DNA of 64,000 nucleotides from Spirochaetota bacterium (GCA_017302015.1 JAFLEE010000010.1:20752-84751); one strand, 5' to 3'. Counted from the stretch's first letter, positions 18,916 to 29,061 are shown. The notes: generated from the sequence alone by a model not told the origin. A program made the numbers and translations.

Positions 18916-18944
18916 TTGAAAAATACCCGGCCTTCCACTATAAT
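18916..18944 (+). promoter_or_regulatory. sigma70-type promoter for the yajC-secDF operon (TTGAAA-N17-TATAAT)
   Basis: Perfect -10 TATAAT (18939-18944) and near-consensus -35 TTGAAA (18916-18921) with a 17-nt spacer, ~36 nt upstream of the yajC ATG. SD GAGGT at 18964. Confidence 0.55.
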
Positions 18945-18979
18945 AGCCCCTCCCATCAATTTCTGAGGTAAACCCCCCC

Positions 18980-19321
18980 ATGTTTCAGTTCCTGAGCGCC
19001 CAAACCGCCTCCGCCCCCGCCGGTCAACCCGGTGCCAATGGGTGGATCATGCAGATCCTCTTCCTCGTGGCCCTCTTCGCGGTCTTCTATTTCCTCCTCA
19101 TCCGCCCCCAGCAGAAGCGCCAGAAAGAACTCGACGCCAAGCGCGGCGGCCTCAAGAAGGGCGACCGCTTCATCACCGCCGGCGGCCTCTACGCCACGGT
19201 CAGCCACATCAAGGATGACGGCGCCATCGTCGTCGCCGAGATCGCCAAGGGCGTGGAAGTCGAGGTGGCCAAGGCCACCATCATGACCATCCTCGCCGAA
19301 AAATCCGAAGACAAGAAATAA
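18980..19321 (+). CDS. yajC: preprotein translocase subunit YajC
   Basis: 113 aa. A single TM helix followed by the conserved IRPQQKRQKE...GDRFITAGGLYATV core. Confidence 0.85.
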   Translation: MFQFLSAQTASAPAGQPGANGWIMQILFLVALFAVFYFLLIRPQQKRQKELDAKRGGLKKGDRFITAGGLYATVSHIKDDGAIVVAEIAKGVEVEVAKATIMTILAEKSEDKK

Positions 19322-19348
19322 GCGGGCCCCCCCCCGCGCGGCCCCTCC

Positions 19349-20860
19349 ATGTCGAATAGTTTCCGCTTCTTCATCATCGCCCTCATGCTGGGCTTCGCCG
19401 CCTGGTTCCTGTGGCCCTCCTACGTCTACTATTTCGGCGTCTCCGATGAGGCGCGCCGGGTGGTCGAGTCCGGGGGCCTGGCCAACGCTTCCCTGAGCAA
19501 CGCCACCGACGCCTTCAAGGCCGAGGTCGAGCGGGCCGGCAAGTCGAAGGCCGGGGCCGTCGCCCTGGGCCTCGACATCCGCGGGGGCATCAACATCGTC
19601 CTCGAGGCCGATTTCGACAAGTACGCAGTCGATTCCGGCCGCAAGCCCGGCGACATCGACGAGAAGATGAAACTCGGCGAACTCGAGCGGGTGATCATGA
19701 AGATCCAGAACCGCATCGACGAGTACGGCCTCTCCGAGGTCTCCATCCGCAAGCTCGGCTTCAACCGCATCGTCATCCAGATCCCCGGCGAGCGCGACAC
19801 CGGGCGCATCAAGAGCATCATCGATTCCAAGGGCCAACTCGAGTTCCGCATGGTCGACGAAGATGCCACCCGCACCCTCGACTATAACCGCGAAACGGGC
19901 GAACTCAAGACCAACGGCGCCTTCCCGCCCGGCACCGAACTCTTCTGGTCCTACCACAAGGGCGACCGGGCCCACTACGTGCGCACCGCCCCCGTGCTCC
20001 TCAAGACCAACATCGACATGTCCGGCGAGCACATCAAAGACGCGCGCCCGGGGCAGGGCCAGTACGGCGACATCGTCGTGAGCTTCCAACTCGACGGCGA
20101 GGGCGGCCGCATCTTCGGCGAACTCACCGGGGCCAATAAGGGCAAGCGCCTGGCCATCGTCCTCGACCAGAAGGTCATGTCCTCCCCCAACATCAACGAG
20201 CGCATCGGCGGCGGCTCGGGCCAGATCACCGGCTCCTTCACCCACGAAGAGGCCAAAGATCTCGCTCTCATCCTGCGCAGCGGCTCCCTGCCGGTCTCCG
20301 TGAAACTCATCAGCGAAGAGGTCATCGGCCCCACCATGGGCTGGGAATCCCTCACCCTCTCGGTGAAGGCCCTCATGATGTCGCTCCTCGCCATCACCCT
20401 CTTCATGGCCCTGCGCTACCGCCTCAAGGGCATCATCGCGGCCATCGCCCTCGGCCTCAACGCCATCCTCATCTTCGCCATCCTCGCCCCGCTGAAGTTC
20501 ACCGTGAGCCTGCCCGGCATCGCCGGCCTCATCCTGACCCTCGGCATGGCCATCGACGCCAACGTGCTCATCAACGAGCGCATCCGCGACGAGATCTTTA
20601 AAGAGGGCCGCAATATCTTCGAGGCCATCGAACGCGGTTATTCGCGGGCCTTCTGGACGATTTTTGACTCCCACGTCACGGGCCTCATCAGCGCCTTCAT
20701 CCTGGCCAATATGGGCGAGGGCCCGGTGCGCGGGTTCGCCTTCACGCTGGCCATCGGCCTCATCGTGAGCCTCTTCACCTCCCTCTTCGTGACCCGCTTC
20801 CTGGTGGATCTCTGCATCAAGATGGGCATCATCCGCCGCTACTCGGCTTGGGTCGTTTAA
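19349..20860 (+). CDS. secD: protein translocase subunit SecD
   Basis: 503 aa. N-terminal TM helix, periplasmic domain with LGLDIRGGINIVLEAD, and a C-terminal 5-TM bundle. Confidence 0.9.
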   Translation: MSNSFRFFIIALMLGFAAWFLWPSYVYYFGVSDEARRVVESGGLANASLSNATDAFKAEVERAGKSKAGAVALGLDIRGGINIVLEADFDKYAVDSGRKPGDIDEKMKLGELERVIMKIQNRIDEYGLSEVSIRKLGFNRIVIQIPGERDTGRIKSIIDSKGQLEFRMVDEDATRTLDYNRETGELKTNGAFPPGTELFWSYHKGDRAHYVRTAPVLLKTNIDMSGEHIKDARPGQGQYGDIVVSFQLDGEGGRIFGELTGANKGKRLAIVLDQKVMSSPNINERIGGGSGQITGSFTHEEAKDLALILRSGSLPVSVKLISEEVIGPTMGWESLTLSVKALMMSLLAITLFMALRYRLKGIIAAIALGLNAILIFAILAPLKFTVSLPGIAGLILTLGMAIDANVLINERIRDEIFKEGRNIFEAIERGYSRAFWTIFDSHVTGLISAFILANMGEGPVRGFAFTLAIGLIVSLFTSLFVTRFLVDLCIKMGIIRRYSAWVV

Positions 20861-20871
20861 GGAATCCCCGC

Positions 20872-21762
20872 ATGCGGTCTAAGATCGATTTCTACAAGCC
20901 CCTGCCGTTCTTCATCGTGCTCTCGGTGGTCCTCACGGCCACCTCCCTCTTTTTCATCACCACGCGCGGCTTCAATTGGGGGGCCGACTTCGTCGGCGGC
21001 CTCGAGGTCACCGTCACATTCGCCAAGACCACCACGGTCTCCGAACTCGACGCCTACTTCAACGCCAAGGGCCTGCGTATCGAGATCCAGCCCGTCTTCA
21101 CGAAGCCCAACCGCTTCTACCTGCGCCACGCCGTCACCGCCGCCGAAGAGGCGGGCAAGGTCGATGTCAGCAAGCGCATCCGCGACCACCTCCTCGAGGG
21201 CTTCTCCGAGCGCCAGCCGGTCTTCGAGCAGACGCGCATGGTCAGCGGCAGCGTGAGCGCCGACAATAAGCGCCAGGCGATTTGGGTCACCTTGATGGCG
21301 GTGCTGGCCATCGGCCTCTACATCGCCTTCCGCTTCAAGGCGATCTTCGCCCTGGGGGCCGTGGTCGCCGTGCTCCACGACGTCATCGTGGTGCTCGGGT
21401 TCCAATCGTTCTTCCGCACCGAGTTCGGCATCCTCACCATCTCCGCGCTCCTGACGGTCCTCGGCTACTCGGTGAACGAGTCGGTCGTGCTCTTCGATCG
21501 CGTGCGCGAGAACATCAAGAGCGGCAAGTACACCACCTTCCGCGATCTCATCACCGCCTCCATCAACGGGGTCTTCACCCGCACCATGATCATGGTGGCG
21601 ACCACCATGAGCGTGGTGGTCGTGCTCTTCCTGAACTCCTCGGGCTCGCTCAAAGATTTCGCGCAGGCGATCATGATCGGCATGCTCTCGGGCACCTACT
21701 CGGCGATCTACGTCGCCGCGGCCACCATGCTGGCGGTCAACCGCTATAAATCCCTGCTGTGA
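20872..21762 (+). CDS. secF: protein translocase subunit SecF
   Basis: ~296 aa from the ATG at 20872, just after the secD stop. Conserved DFVGGLEVTV... periplasmic segment and C-terminal TM bundle. Confidence 0.9.
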   Translation: MRSKIDFYKPLPFFIVLSVVLTATSLFFITTRGFNWGADFVGGLEVTVTFAKTTTVSELDAYFNAKGLRIEIQPVFTKPNRFYLRHAVTAAEEAGKVDVSKRIRDHLLEGFSERQPVFEQTRMVSGSVSADNKRQAIWVTLMAVLAIGLYIAFRFKAIFALGAVVAVLHDVIVVLGFQSFFRTEFGILTISALLTVLGYSVNESVVLFDRVRENIKSGKYTTFRDLITASINGVFTRTMIMVATTMSVVVVLFLNSSGSLKDFAQAIMIGMLSGTYSAIYVAAATMLAVNRYKSLL

Positions 21763-22322
21763 TCGACCCCGGCCATGCCCAACGCCTCATCGTCATCACC
21801 GCGCCCTCCGGGGCCGGCAAGTCCACGCTGATCCGCCGCCTCATGAACGAAGACCCGAACCTCGTCTTTTCCGTCTCCCACACCACCCGCGCCCCGCGCC
21901 CCGGCGAGGTCGACGGGCGCGACTACCATTTCGTGGGCGAAGCCGAGTTCGACCGCCTCGTCGCCGCCGACGGCTTCCTCGAATGGGCCGAGGTCCACGG
22001 CCGCCGCTACGGCACGGCCCGCGAAGAGATCGCCCGGTTGCTGGCCACCGGCAAGCGCGTGCTCCTCGACATCGACGTCCAGGGCGGGCTGAGGCTCCAA
22101 TCGCTGCTTTCGGCCCTCTTCATCTTCATCGCCGTCGACGGCCCCGAGACCCTGCGCCAGCGGCTCATGGGCCGGGCCACCGACGACCCCGAAGTCATCC
22201 GCCGCCGCGTGGCCAACGCCACGCGCGAACTCGAGGCCGGGAAATCCTGGCCCCATATCGTCGTCAACCGCCAACTCGACCAGGCCTACGCCGACCTGCG
22301 AGCCCTCATCTATCCCGCCTGA
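21759..22322 (+). CDS. gmk: guanylate kinase
   Basis: P-loop APSGAGKSTL, then SVSHTTRAPRPGEVDGRDYHFV and the LID region. A GTG start overlaps the secF stop. Confidence 0.85.
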   Translation: MIDPGHAQRLIVITAPSGAGKSTLIRRLMNEDPNLVFSVSHTTRAPRPGEVDGRDYHFVGEAEFDRLVAADGFLEWAEVHGRRYGTAREEIARLLATGKRVLLDIDVQGGLRLQSLLSALFIFIAVDGPETLRQRLMGRATDDPEVIRRRVANATRELEAGKSWPHIVVNRQLDQAYADLRALIYPA

Positions 22323-22341
22323 AGCCCCCCCGGAGAACCCC

Positions 22342-22677
22342 ATGGCCGAAAAGAAAAGCGAAATGCATTTTTCCCTCAAGCGCCTGCTCGATTTCGAGGG
22401 CAATCGCTACGAACTGGCCCGGGCCTGCATGGAATACGCCAAGAAAGTGCGCTATCTCCAGCCCGAAGACTACCACTCCACCGGCGAGAAAGACGCCCTG
22501 GTGGCCATGCGCAGCGTGCTCGACGCCAACATCAAGTACACCCTCGATCCCGTCAACCGCGAAGAGATCATCGAGTTCGAAGATTTCGACAATATGCCCC
22601 AGCGCCAGGTCCCGCCGACCCTGACCCTCGGCGACGAAGACGAAGACGAGGAAGAAGACGAACCCAAGAAGAAATGA
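22342..22677 (+). CDS. rpoZ: DNA-directed RNA polymerase subunit omega
   Basis: 111 aa. ...GNRYELARACMEYAKKV... matches the conserved RpoZ core. The gmk-rpoZ adjacency is classical. Acidic C-terminal tail. Confidence 0.7.
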   Translation: MAEKKSEMHFSLKRLLDFEGNRYELARACMEYAKKVRYLQPEDYHSTGEKDALVAMRSVLDANIKYTLDPVNREEIIEFEDFDNMPQRQVPPTLTLGDEDEDEEEDEPKKK

Positions 22678-22678
22678 G

Positions 22679-23680
22679 CCCCCGGCGGTCCTGGGCCTCG
22701 CCGGCCCGACCGCCTGCGGCAAGACCGAGTTGGCCCACGCCCTCTGGCGGCCGGGGGAACATCTCCTCAACGCCGATTCCCGCCAGGTCTACCGGGGGAT
22801 GGACATCGCCACGGCCAAGCCCACCCGCGCCGAGCGCCTCGCCTACCCCTGGGAACTCCTCGATCTGAGGGATCCCCGCGAACCGTTCACCGCCAAAGAC
22901 TGGCTCGACGAGGCCTCGGCCGCCTGGGCGGCCGGCGGCGTTTGCTGGGCCGTGGGGGGCACCTCCTTCTATTTCGACGTCCTGGCCCACGGCCTCTTCG
23001 AGCAGGCGGAGATCCCCCCGGGGGCCCGCGAGCGCCTCGCCGTGTTGATGGGGCGGGGCCTGGCGGCGCTGCGCGATGAGGTCGTCCGCCGCGACCCCGA
23101 ATACGCCCAGGGCGCTGACCTCCAGAATCCCCGTCGCCTCGAGCGGGCCTTCCTCGCCATGGAAGTCTCCGGCCGGAAATACAGCGAGCTCCGCCTGGAG
23201 CGCCGGGCTCCCCCTATCCGGCTGCGCATGGCGGTCCTGTTCCTGCCGCGAAAAACCATTTACAATCGCATCGAGGCCCGGGTCGCGGCCATGCTCGCCG
23301 GGGGCCTGCTCGACGAGACGCGGGCGCTCCTGAAAAGCGGGGTCCCCGAGTCGGCCCCGGCCATGACGGGCATCGGGTACGCCGAAGCCGCAGGGCATCT
23401 AGCCGGGCGCTTGGCACTCGGCGAGGTGCGCGAGCGGATGGTCCTTCGCACTCGGCAATTCGCCCGCCGGCAGGTCGGGGCCTTCCGCCGATTCCAGGGA
23501 GCGACCTTCGTCGACCTTTCGGGGGCCCCGCCCGGCTCCGATGCGGAAGACGCTTGGTTCTACCGCCTCCCCTTGGCCGTTCGGGGCGAACCGATCCCCG
23601 AGGGCGGGGCCCGGCTGCCCGCCGAAACCCGCCCCGCCGAAGCGCTCAGACAAATGATGGAGGAGACCCATGCCGCTTAA
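22679..23680 (+). CDS. miaA: tRNA dimethylallyltransferase (start codon unresolved: the P-loop lies upstream of the first in-frame ATG/GTG/TTG)
   Basis: ...PAVLGLAGPTACGKTELAHAL...DSRQVYRGMDIATAKP... is the MiaA signature. In this frame the first canonical start is the TTG at 22730, which lies after the P-loop. An out-of-frame ATG at 22674 sits next to a C5 run. Confidence 0.7.
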   Translation, partial: PPAVLGLAGPTACGKTELAHALWRPGEHLLNADSRQVYRGMDIATAKPTRAERLAYPWELLDLRDPREPFTAKDWLDEASAAWAAGGVCWAVGGTSFYFDVLAHGLFEQAEIPPGARERLAVLMGRGLAALRDEVVRRDPEYAQGADLQNPRRLERAFLAMEVSGRKYSELRLERRAPPIRLRMAVLFLPRKTIYNRIEARVAAMLAGGLLDETRALLKSGVPESAPAMTGIGYAEAAGHLAGRLALGEVRERMVLRTRQFARRQVGAFRRFQGATFVDLSGAPPGSDAEDAWFYRLPLAVRGEPIPEGGARLPAETRPAEALRQMMEETHAA

Positions 23681-24725
23681 AGTGATCATCATGGCCGGGG
23701 GGCGCGGCGAGCGCTTCTGGCCCCGCAGCCGGCGCGCGCGCCCGAAGCAATTCGCCCGCATCATCTCCGACGAGACGATGCTCCTCGAGACCATGAAGCG
23801 GTTCGCGGGCCTCGTGCCAGTGGGCGATATCTTCGTCTCCATCGGGGCCTCTCAGGTCTCGGCGGCGCTGGCCGCGGCGCCGGGGCTGACCGAGGCGAAC
23901 CTCATCATCGAGCCCATGGCCCGCGATACCGCCGCCGCCGTCGCCCTAGCCACCCTGGCCGCGCCGGTGGACGACGATGACGTGCTCTATTTCGCCCCGG
24001 CCGACCACCATATCGCCGACCGAGGCGCCTTCCAGGCCGATATCCGCCGCGCCGCCGACACCGTGGTGCGCGAGGGGGCCATGACCGTGCTGGGCATCCG
24101 CCCCACCCATGCGGCCACCGATTTCGGCTACGTGCGCGTGGCCTCCGCGGCGTCCGGGGCCTGCCCGGTCGAGGCCTTCCGCGAGAAGCCCGATGCGCCC
24201 ACCGCGGCCTCCTACCTCGCCGCCGGCAATTACCTCTGGAACGCCGGCATGTTCCTCTTCACGCGCCGCATCCTCACCGATCTGCTCGAGCGCCACGCCC
24301 CCGAGCACCTCTCCAAGATCCGGGAGTACCTGGCCCGCAAGGGCGCCGACCCGAAGGGCGCCGAGGCCGTCTTCGCCTCCATCCCGCGCATCTCCTTCGA
24401 CTACGCCATCGCCGAGAAGGCCGAGAAGATCTTCTGCGTGCCCGCCGCCTTCCCGTGGGACGACGTGGGCAGCTGGGGCGCGGTCTCCCGCCTGCGGCCC
24501 CACGACGAGGGCGGCAACGTGGTCGAGGGCGAGGTCGTCCACCAGGGCAGCCGCAATTGCGTGGTGCTCTCCAACCGCAGCGACCTCACCGTGGTCCTCA
24601 ACCACGTCAGCGACCTGAACGTCGTCGTCGAAGACGGCGTGGTCTACGTCTCCTCCCGCGCCGAGGAGGGCCGGGTGAAGGAACTCCTGAAAACCCTCGA
24701 AACCCGCAAGCCCTCGCTCCTGTAG
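23670..24725 (+). CDS. mannose-1-phosphate guanylyltransferase (nucleotidyltransferase + beta-helix)
   Basis: N-terminal IIMAGGRGERFWPRSRRARPKQF is the sugar-1-P nucleotidyltransferase motif. A C-terminal hexapeptide-like region follows. Overall a ManC/CpsB-like architecture. Confidence 0.7.
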   Translation: MPLKVIIMAGGRGERFWPRSRRARPKQFARIISDETMLLETMKRFAGLVPVGDIFVSIGASQVSAALAAAPGLTEANLIIEPMARDTAAAVALATLAAPVDDDDVLYFAPADHHIADRGAFQADIRRAADTVVREGAMTVLGIRPTHAATDFGYVRVASAASGACPVEAFREKPDAPTAASYLAAGNYLWNAGMFLFTRRILTDLLERHAPEHLSKIREYLARKGADPKGAEAVFASIPRISFDYAIAEKAEKIFCVPAAFPWDDVGSWGAVSRLRPHDEGGNVVEGEVVHQGSRNCVVLSNRSDLTVVLNHVSDLNVVVEDGVVYVSSRAEEGRVKELLKTLETRKPSLL

Positions 24726-24731
24726 GCCCCC

Positions 24732-25697
<966 letters not shown>

Positions 25698-25716
25698 AGG
25701 GCCCGGGTGGGGCCCC

Positions 25717-26541
25717 TTACATCCCCCACTTCATCTTGACCCGCAGGATGTCGTAATAGCATTCCTTCGCCGGTTTCAGTAGTTTCAGTTTTTCCTTGGC
25801 GAGGCGGCAGACGACGGTTTCGCCGTCCTCTAGGGCCAGTCGCAGGTTGCCGTCGACCAGCAGCACCGCCCCTTCACCGGCGTTGCGGGGCCGGCAGGCG
25901 ATCTCGATATCGTGGTGGGCGGGGATGACGATGGGCTTCACCGTGAGCGAATGGGGGCAGATCGGGTTGAGGATGAGGGCCGAGGTGGCGGGATGGAGGA
26001 TCGGTCCCCCGGCGGCGAGGTTATAGGCCGTCGAGCCCGTGGGGGTGGCGACCATGATGCCGTCCCCGCGGAAATCGGGCAGGGGGTGGCCCTGGATCCG
26101 GGTCGAGAGCGTCATCAGCCGCCCCATCTCGCGGGCCTTGAACGCGGCTTCATTGAAGGCGTAGAGCGTCTGGCCCCGGGCGGAGAGGGCGAGCACCGGC
26201 CGCTCATCCAGCACGAAGGCCTCGGGGTTCCCCGAGGCGTAACCGTCGAGGAGCGCGAGCACTTCCTCGTCGTGGACCGTGTTGATGAACGAGAGGGTCC
26301 CGAAGTTCACGGGCAGCACGGGGCGGGAGAGGTTCTCCAATTGGGAGAGGGTGGAGAGGGCGGTGCCGTCCCCCCCGACGATCACGAGGATTTCCGCGGC
26401 GCGGATGGCCTCCCGGTCCTCCCGTTCGAAGGGGAATCGGCCCACGGTCTTGAAGGGCCGCCCGCGCTCCGTGAGGCCCCGGGCCATGCGGGCGACGGCG
26501 GCCTCGCATTTCTTGTCCTGGTTCATGACGATGGTGATCAT
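25717..26541 (-). CDS. nadK: NAD+ kinase
   Basis: 274 aa. GGDGT motif (ILVIVGGDGTALS), the NE/D motif and the conserved C-terminal DG...SG region of the PpnK/NadK family. Confidence 0.85.
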   Translation of the reverse strand: MITIVMNQDKKCEAAVARMARGLTERGRPFKTVGRFPFEREDREAIRAAEILVIVGGDGTALSTLSQLENLSRPVLPVNFGTLSFINTVHDEEVLALLDGYASGNPEAFVLDERPVLALSARGQTLYAFNEAAFKAREMGRLMTLSTRIQGHPLPDFRGDGIMVATPTGSTAYNLAAGGPILHPATSALILNPICPHSLTVKPIVIPAHHDIEIACRPRNAGEGAVLLVDGNLRLALEDGETVVCRLAKEKLKLLKPAKECYYDILRVKMKWGM

Positions 26542-26562
26542 GGGTTTCCTGTTCTCGCCCGC

Positions 26563-28218
26563 CTACAATTTGCCCATCAGGCGCCGCGCCCGGGCCCAAC
26601 CCAGGGAATGCACGGAGCGCAGCGGACGCAGCAAACTCCTCGGCAGGGCGGCGCTATCCACGTGCACCAAGTATACCCCGTTTCGGTTGAGCGCCTGCAC
26701 CATGGATTCCGAGGGCGGGGCGTCATGGATCCAGGTGACCGCGCTTCCCGCCGCGCCCTGGGCGAGGCTCCACAGCAGGCGTTCGGCATCGTTGAGGCCG
26801 GGGAACGGGGCGCTCGGGTCCTCCAGGAAGGGGTCGGGGGGAAGCGCCGCGGCGGTGGTGAACCCGAAGGCCCCGAAGGAGAGGCGGGCATCCCGTGGAA
26901 AGGCCTCCTCGGAAACCGGATGGGTGGCGTAGAACGCCAGATGCCCGTCCCGCGGCATCCGCGCCGCCTGGATGCCCTTCCAGGGATATTGGAAACCCGC
27001 CGTCGCCTCGAACACGAGGACGAGGCGCAGGGGATCGCCGAGGGTCACGGGCGCTCCCCGCAGCCGCGCATGGGCGAGCAGGGCCCTCAGGCGCCGCCTG
27101 AGGGAGACCGCGGCTCCCGCCTTGTTCCGGCGGATCAGGGGGATGCGCTTCGACTTCCATCTTTTGAGTTGGGCCGCCAAGGGGCGATGGGGCGCCGGGC
27201 TCGCTCCGCCTTCCGGGGGCGGCCGCAAGGGATGGGAAGCCTGCCCGAAAAAATCCGCGCCCAATTCCAGGGTCGGCGTCTCCCCGGGCGGCCCCTGGCG
27301 GAAATAACGCGTGGCGAGCTTGTAGAGTTGCCAGGAGAAGGCCGGGTTCGTCAATTCCTGGGCCGCCTGCATGATTTCGCCGAGACCGGGGACCAACCGG
27401 TGGTGCAGCGCGCACAGCGCCCCCAATCTCCGTGAGAAGAGGGGCGGGGGGCTGTCGGCGCTATTGGCGGGGGCATGCCCGCGGGCCTCCCGCACCAATT
27501 GGGAAAGGGCCCCGATCCGGTCGAAACGGCTTCCCGTCCCCGCATCCAAATGGTCGACCCACCGCGAGACGACATAGGGAATTTCTGATGAGATCCATTT
27601 GATGGACGCGGGATGGCTGCGGTAGAGGCGCACCACCGGCCCGGGGGAGGTGGCGGGGACGGGGGTTTCAGGGCCCTTGAGCGCCGCCAGCACCTCCTCC
27701 GCCTGGTCCCATTCGCACAGGAAGAGCACGCGTTTTCCGCCGCCCGCCGCTTCCCGGAGTTTCGCCGCGGACCTTTGGGCAGAGCGCGGGTCGATGTCCC
27801 TGCGGCGGGCCTTGGGGTGCGCCGCGCGCCAGACCTCCCGGAACCGGTCGAGCCCGAGGCGCAGCACGGGTTCGTCGTCGGCGAAAAAGAGGGCCTCGTC
27901 GGCCTCGGTCTCCAGGTCGTGGTCCGTGAAGACGATGGGGATCTCCATGGCGAGGGCGGTCTGCATCCCCAGGGCGAACGGGTCCGAGGGATCGAAGGGG
28001 AGCAGATAATAGAGGTCCCGTTGGGATTCCTCGACGGTGAGCACTTGGAAGGTCGGCAGCTGGCTCGCGGCTTCCAGGGCCTTCTCCCGAAGGAACCGCG
28101 GCCACGCGATGGCGAGCACGTCGTATTTCCCGCTGCGCAGGGCCTCCCAGACCCACTCGGCGAAGCGCAGCTTCTGCCGCAGCACCGGCACGATCTCGAT
28201 GGAATCCAGGCGAAGCAA
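26563..28218 (-). CDS. hypothetical protein (551 aa), co-operonic partner of the upstream NorQ/CbbQ-like AAA+ ATPase; no recognizable domain
   Basis: Starts 13 bp after the ATPase gene and ends 22 bp before nadK, on the same strand. No vWA MIDAS (DxSxS), no TM helix, and no nucleotide-binding motifs found by eye. Confidence 0.5.
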   Translation of the reverse strand: MLRLDSIEIVPVLRQKLRFAEWVWEALRSGKYDVLAIAWPRFLREKALEAASQLPTFQVLTVEESQRDLYYLLPFDPSDPFALGMQTALAMEIPIVFTDHDLETEADEALFFADDEPVLRLGLDRFREVWRAAHPKARRRDIDPRSAQRSAAKLREAAGGGKRVLFLCEWDQAEEVLAALKGPETPVPATSPGPVVRLYRSHPASIKWISSEIPYVVSRWVDHLDAGTGSRFDRIGALSQLVREARGHAPANSADSPPPLFSRRLGALCALHHRLVPGLGEIMQAAQELTNPAFSWQLYKLATRYFRQGPPGETPTLELGADFFGQASHPLRPPPEGGASPAPHRPLAAQLKRWKSKRIPLIRRNKAGAAVSLRRRLRALLAHARLRGAPVTLGDPLRLVLVFEATAGFQYPWKGIQAARMPRDGHLAFYATHPVSEEAFPRDARLSFGAFGFTTAAALPPDPFLEDPSAPFPGLNDAERLLWSLAQGAAGSAVTWIHDAPPSESMVQALNRNGVYLVHVDSAALPRSLLRPLRSVHSLGWARARRLMGKL

Positions 28219-28230
28219 GGGGAGGGCGCG

Positions 28231-29061
28231 CTAGGCTTTCGGGTCGATCGCTTCCGCGCGGGCGTGGGCTTTGAGGCTGGCCTGGAAGGCCCGCTCCAGG
28301 GGAAGCCCCTCGTGGGCCGCGATGCGCCGAGTGAAATCGAGCAGGTGCAGGCCTTCGCGCACCGAGACGTGCTCGCGGCTATGGCGCACGTAGGCGGCCA
28401 CGAGTTCCACCAGGCGCTGGTCTTCCATGCCGCTGCGCTCCCGCAGCACCGCCTCGAGGTCGTCGCCGGCGGGCATTTCCAGGCGCAGCCGGGGCGCGAG
28501 GCGGGCATGGATGAAGTCGGGGACGTGGTGGATGAGGCTCCCCTCGTTGATCGTGGCGCAGAGGCGGAACCCGGGCTTGGGCCTCAGGCGCAGGCCCAGG
28601 GAAGGCACATCCAGCCATTGCCGCTCATCCAAGAGCGGGGCGACGAGGGACCAGCAGCGCTCCGAGAGCCTGCCGGCGTCTTTCAAGACCACGGCCGCGC
28701 CGGTCAAGAGCGCGCTCACCAGGGGCGAGGCTTGGAAGAGTTTCCCCTTCCCCCCATCGATGAGCAGGCTCAGGGTCAGGGAGGTGGCCGTCATGGAGGT
28801 ATCGCAATTCTGGAGGTGGACCGGCATCTTGAAGATGGTGCGGGCCGTGTGGACGGCGAGGGTGCACTTTCCGATCCCCGATTTCCCGGAGATGGACGGG
28901 CACATGGGGGGGGCGCTATCCGGGGCATCCCAAGCGGCCGCGAGGAGCCGCACGGGTTCCGTGTCGCCGATCCACGACCAAACCTCGTCCAGGGGGGGCG
29001 AGAGCCGAATTTTGAGGCCTTCTAGACCCGGATAGGACTGAATTCCTCTTGAAGATGCCAT
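28231..29061 (-). CDS. AAA+ ATPase, CbbQ/NorQ/MoxR (AAA_5) class
   Basis: Walker A SGKSGIGKCT. Downstream pattern LLTGAAVVLKDAGRLSERCWSLVAPLLDERQWLDVPSLGLRLRPKPGFRLCATINEG aligns with the NorQ/CbbQ core (LDEv..A..d..vvLhpLld.rr.L.l...ge.l.a.p.F.lv.syNp). The N-terminal extent is uncertain. Confidence 0.6.
   Translation of the reverse strand: MASSRGIQSYPGLEGLKIRLSPPLDEVWSWIGDTEPVRLLAAAWDAPDSAPPMCPSISGKSGIGKCTLAVHTARTIFKMPVHLQNCDTSMTATSLTLSLLIDGGKGKLFQASPLVSALLTGAAVVLKDAGRLSERCWSLVAPLLDERQWLDVPSLGLRLRPKPGFRLCATINEGSLIHHVPDFIHARLAPRLRLEMPAGDDLEAVLRERSGMEDQRLVELVAAYVRHSREHVSVREGLHLLDFTRRIAAHEGLPLERAFQASLKAHARAEAIDPKA

Noticed and set aside
18550-18966. 138-aa Pro/Arg-rich ORF between the esterase and yajC
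   Set aside because: Low complexity. It overlaps the yajC promoter. No SD.
18956-20674. 572-aa minus-strand ORF antisense to secD; similar long ORFs at 30342-32081(-), 32425-33747(-), 35267-36880(-), 37000-38118(-), 42564-44102(-), 47343-48935(-), 23946-25613(-), 25912-27435(+), 27613-29025(+), 3043-4641(+), 5020-6189(+)
   Set aside because: They are Gly/Ala/Arg/Asp/Pro-rich with no motifs and lie exactly antisense (or out of frame) to strongly conserved genes. This is typical stop-codon-poor artefact of high-GC DNA.
22674-22868. 64-aa frame-0 ORF MSPRRSWASP... after rpoZ
   Set aside because: Out of frame relative to the unmistakable MiaA coding sequence. Probably only its ATG is used (see the miaA finding).
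26563-28218. vWA/MIDAS domain in the 551-aa partner of the NorQ-like ATPase
   Set aside because: I searched by eye for DxSxS and a downstream T/D pattern and found none. It is recorded as absent rather than assumed.
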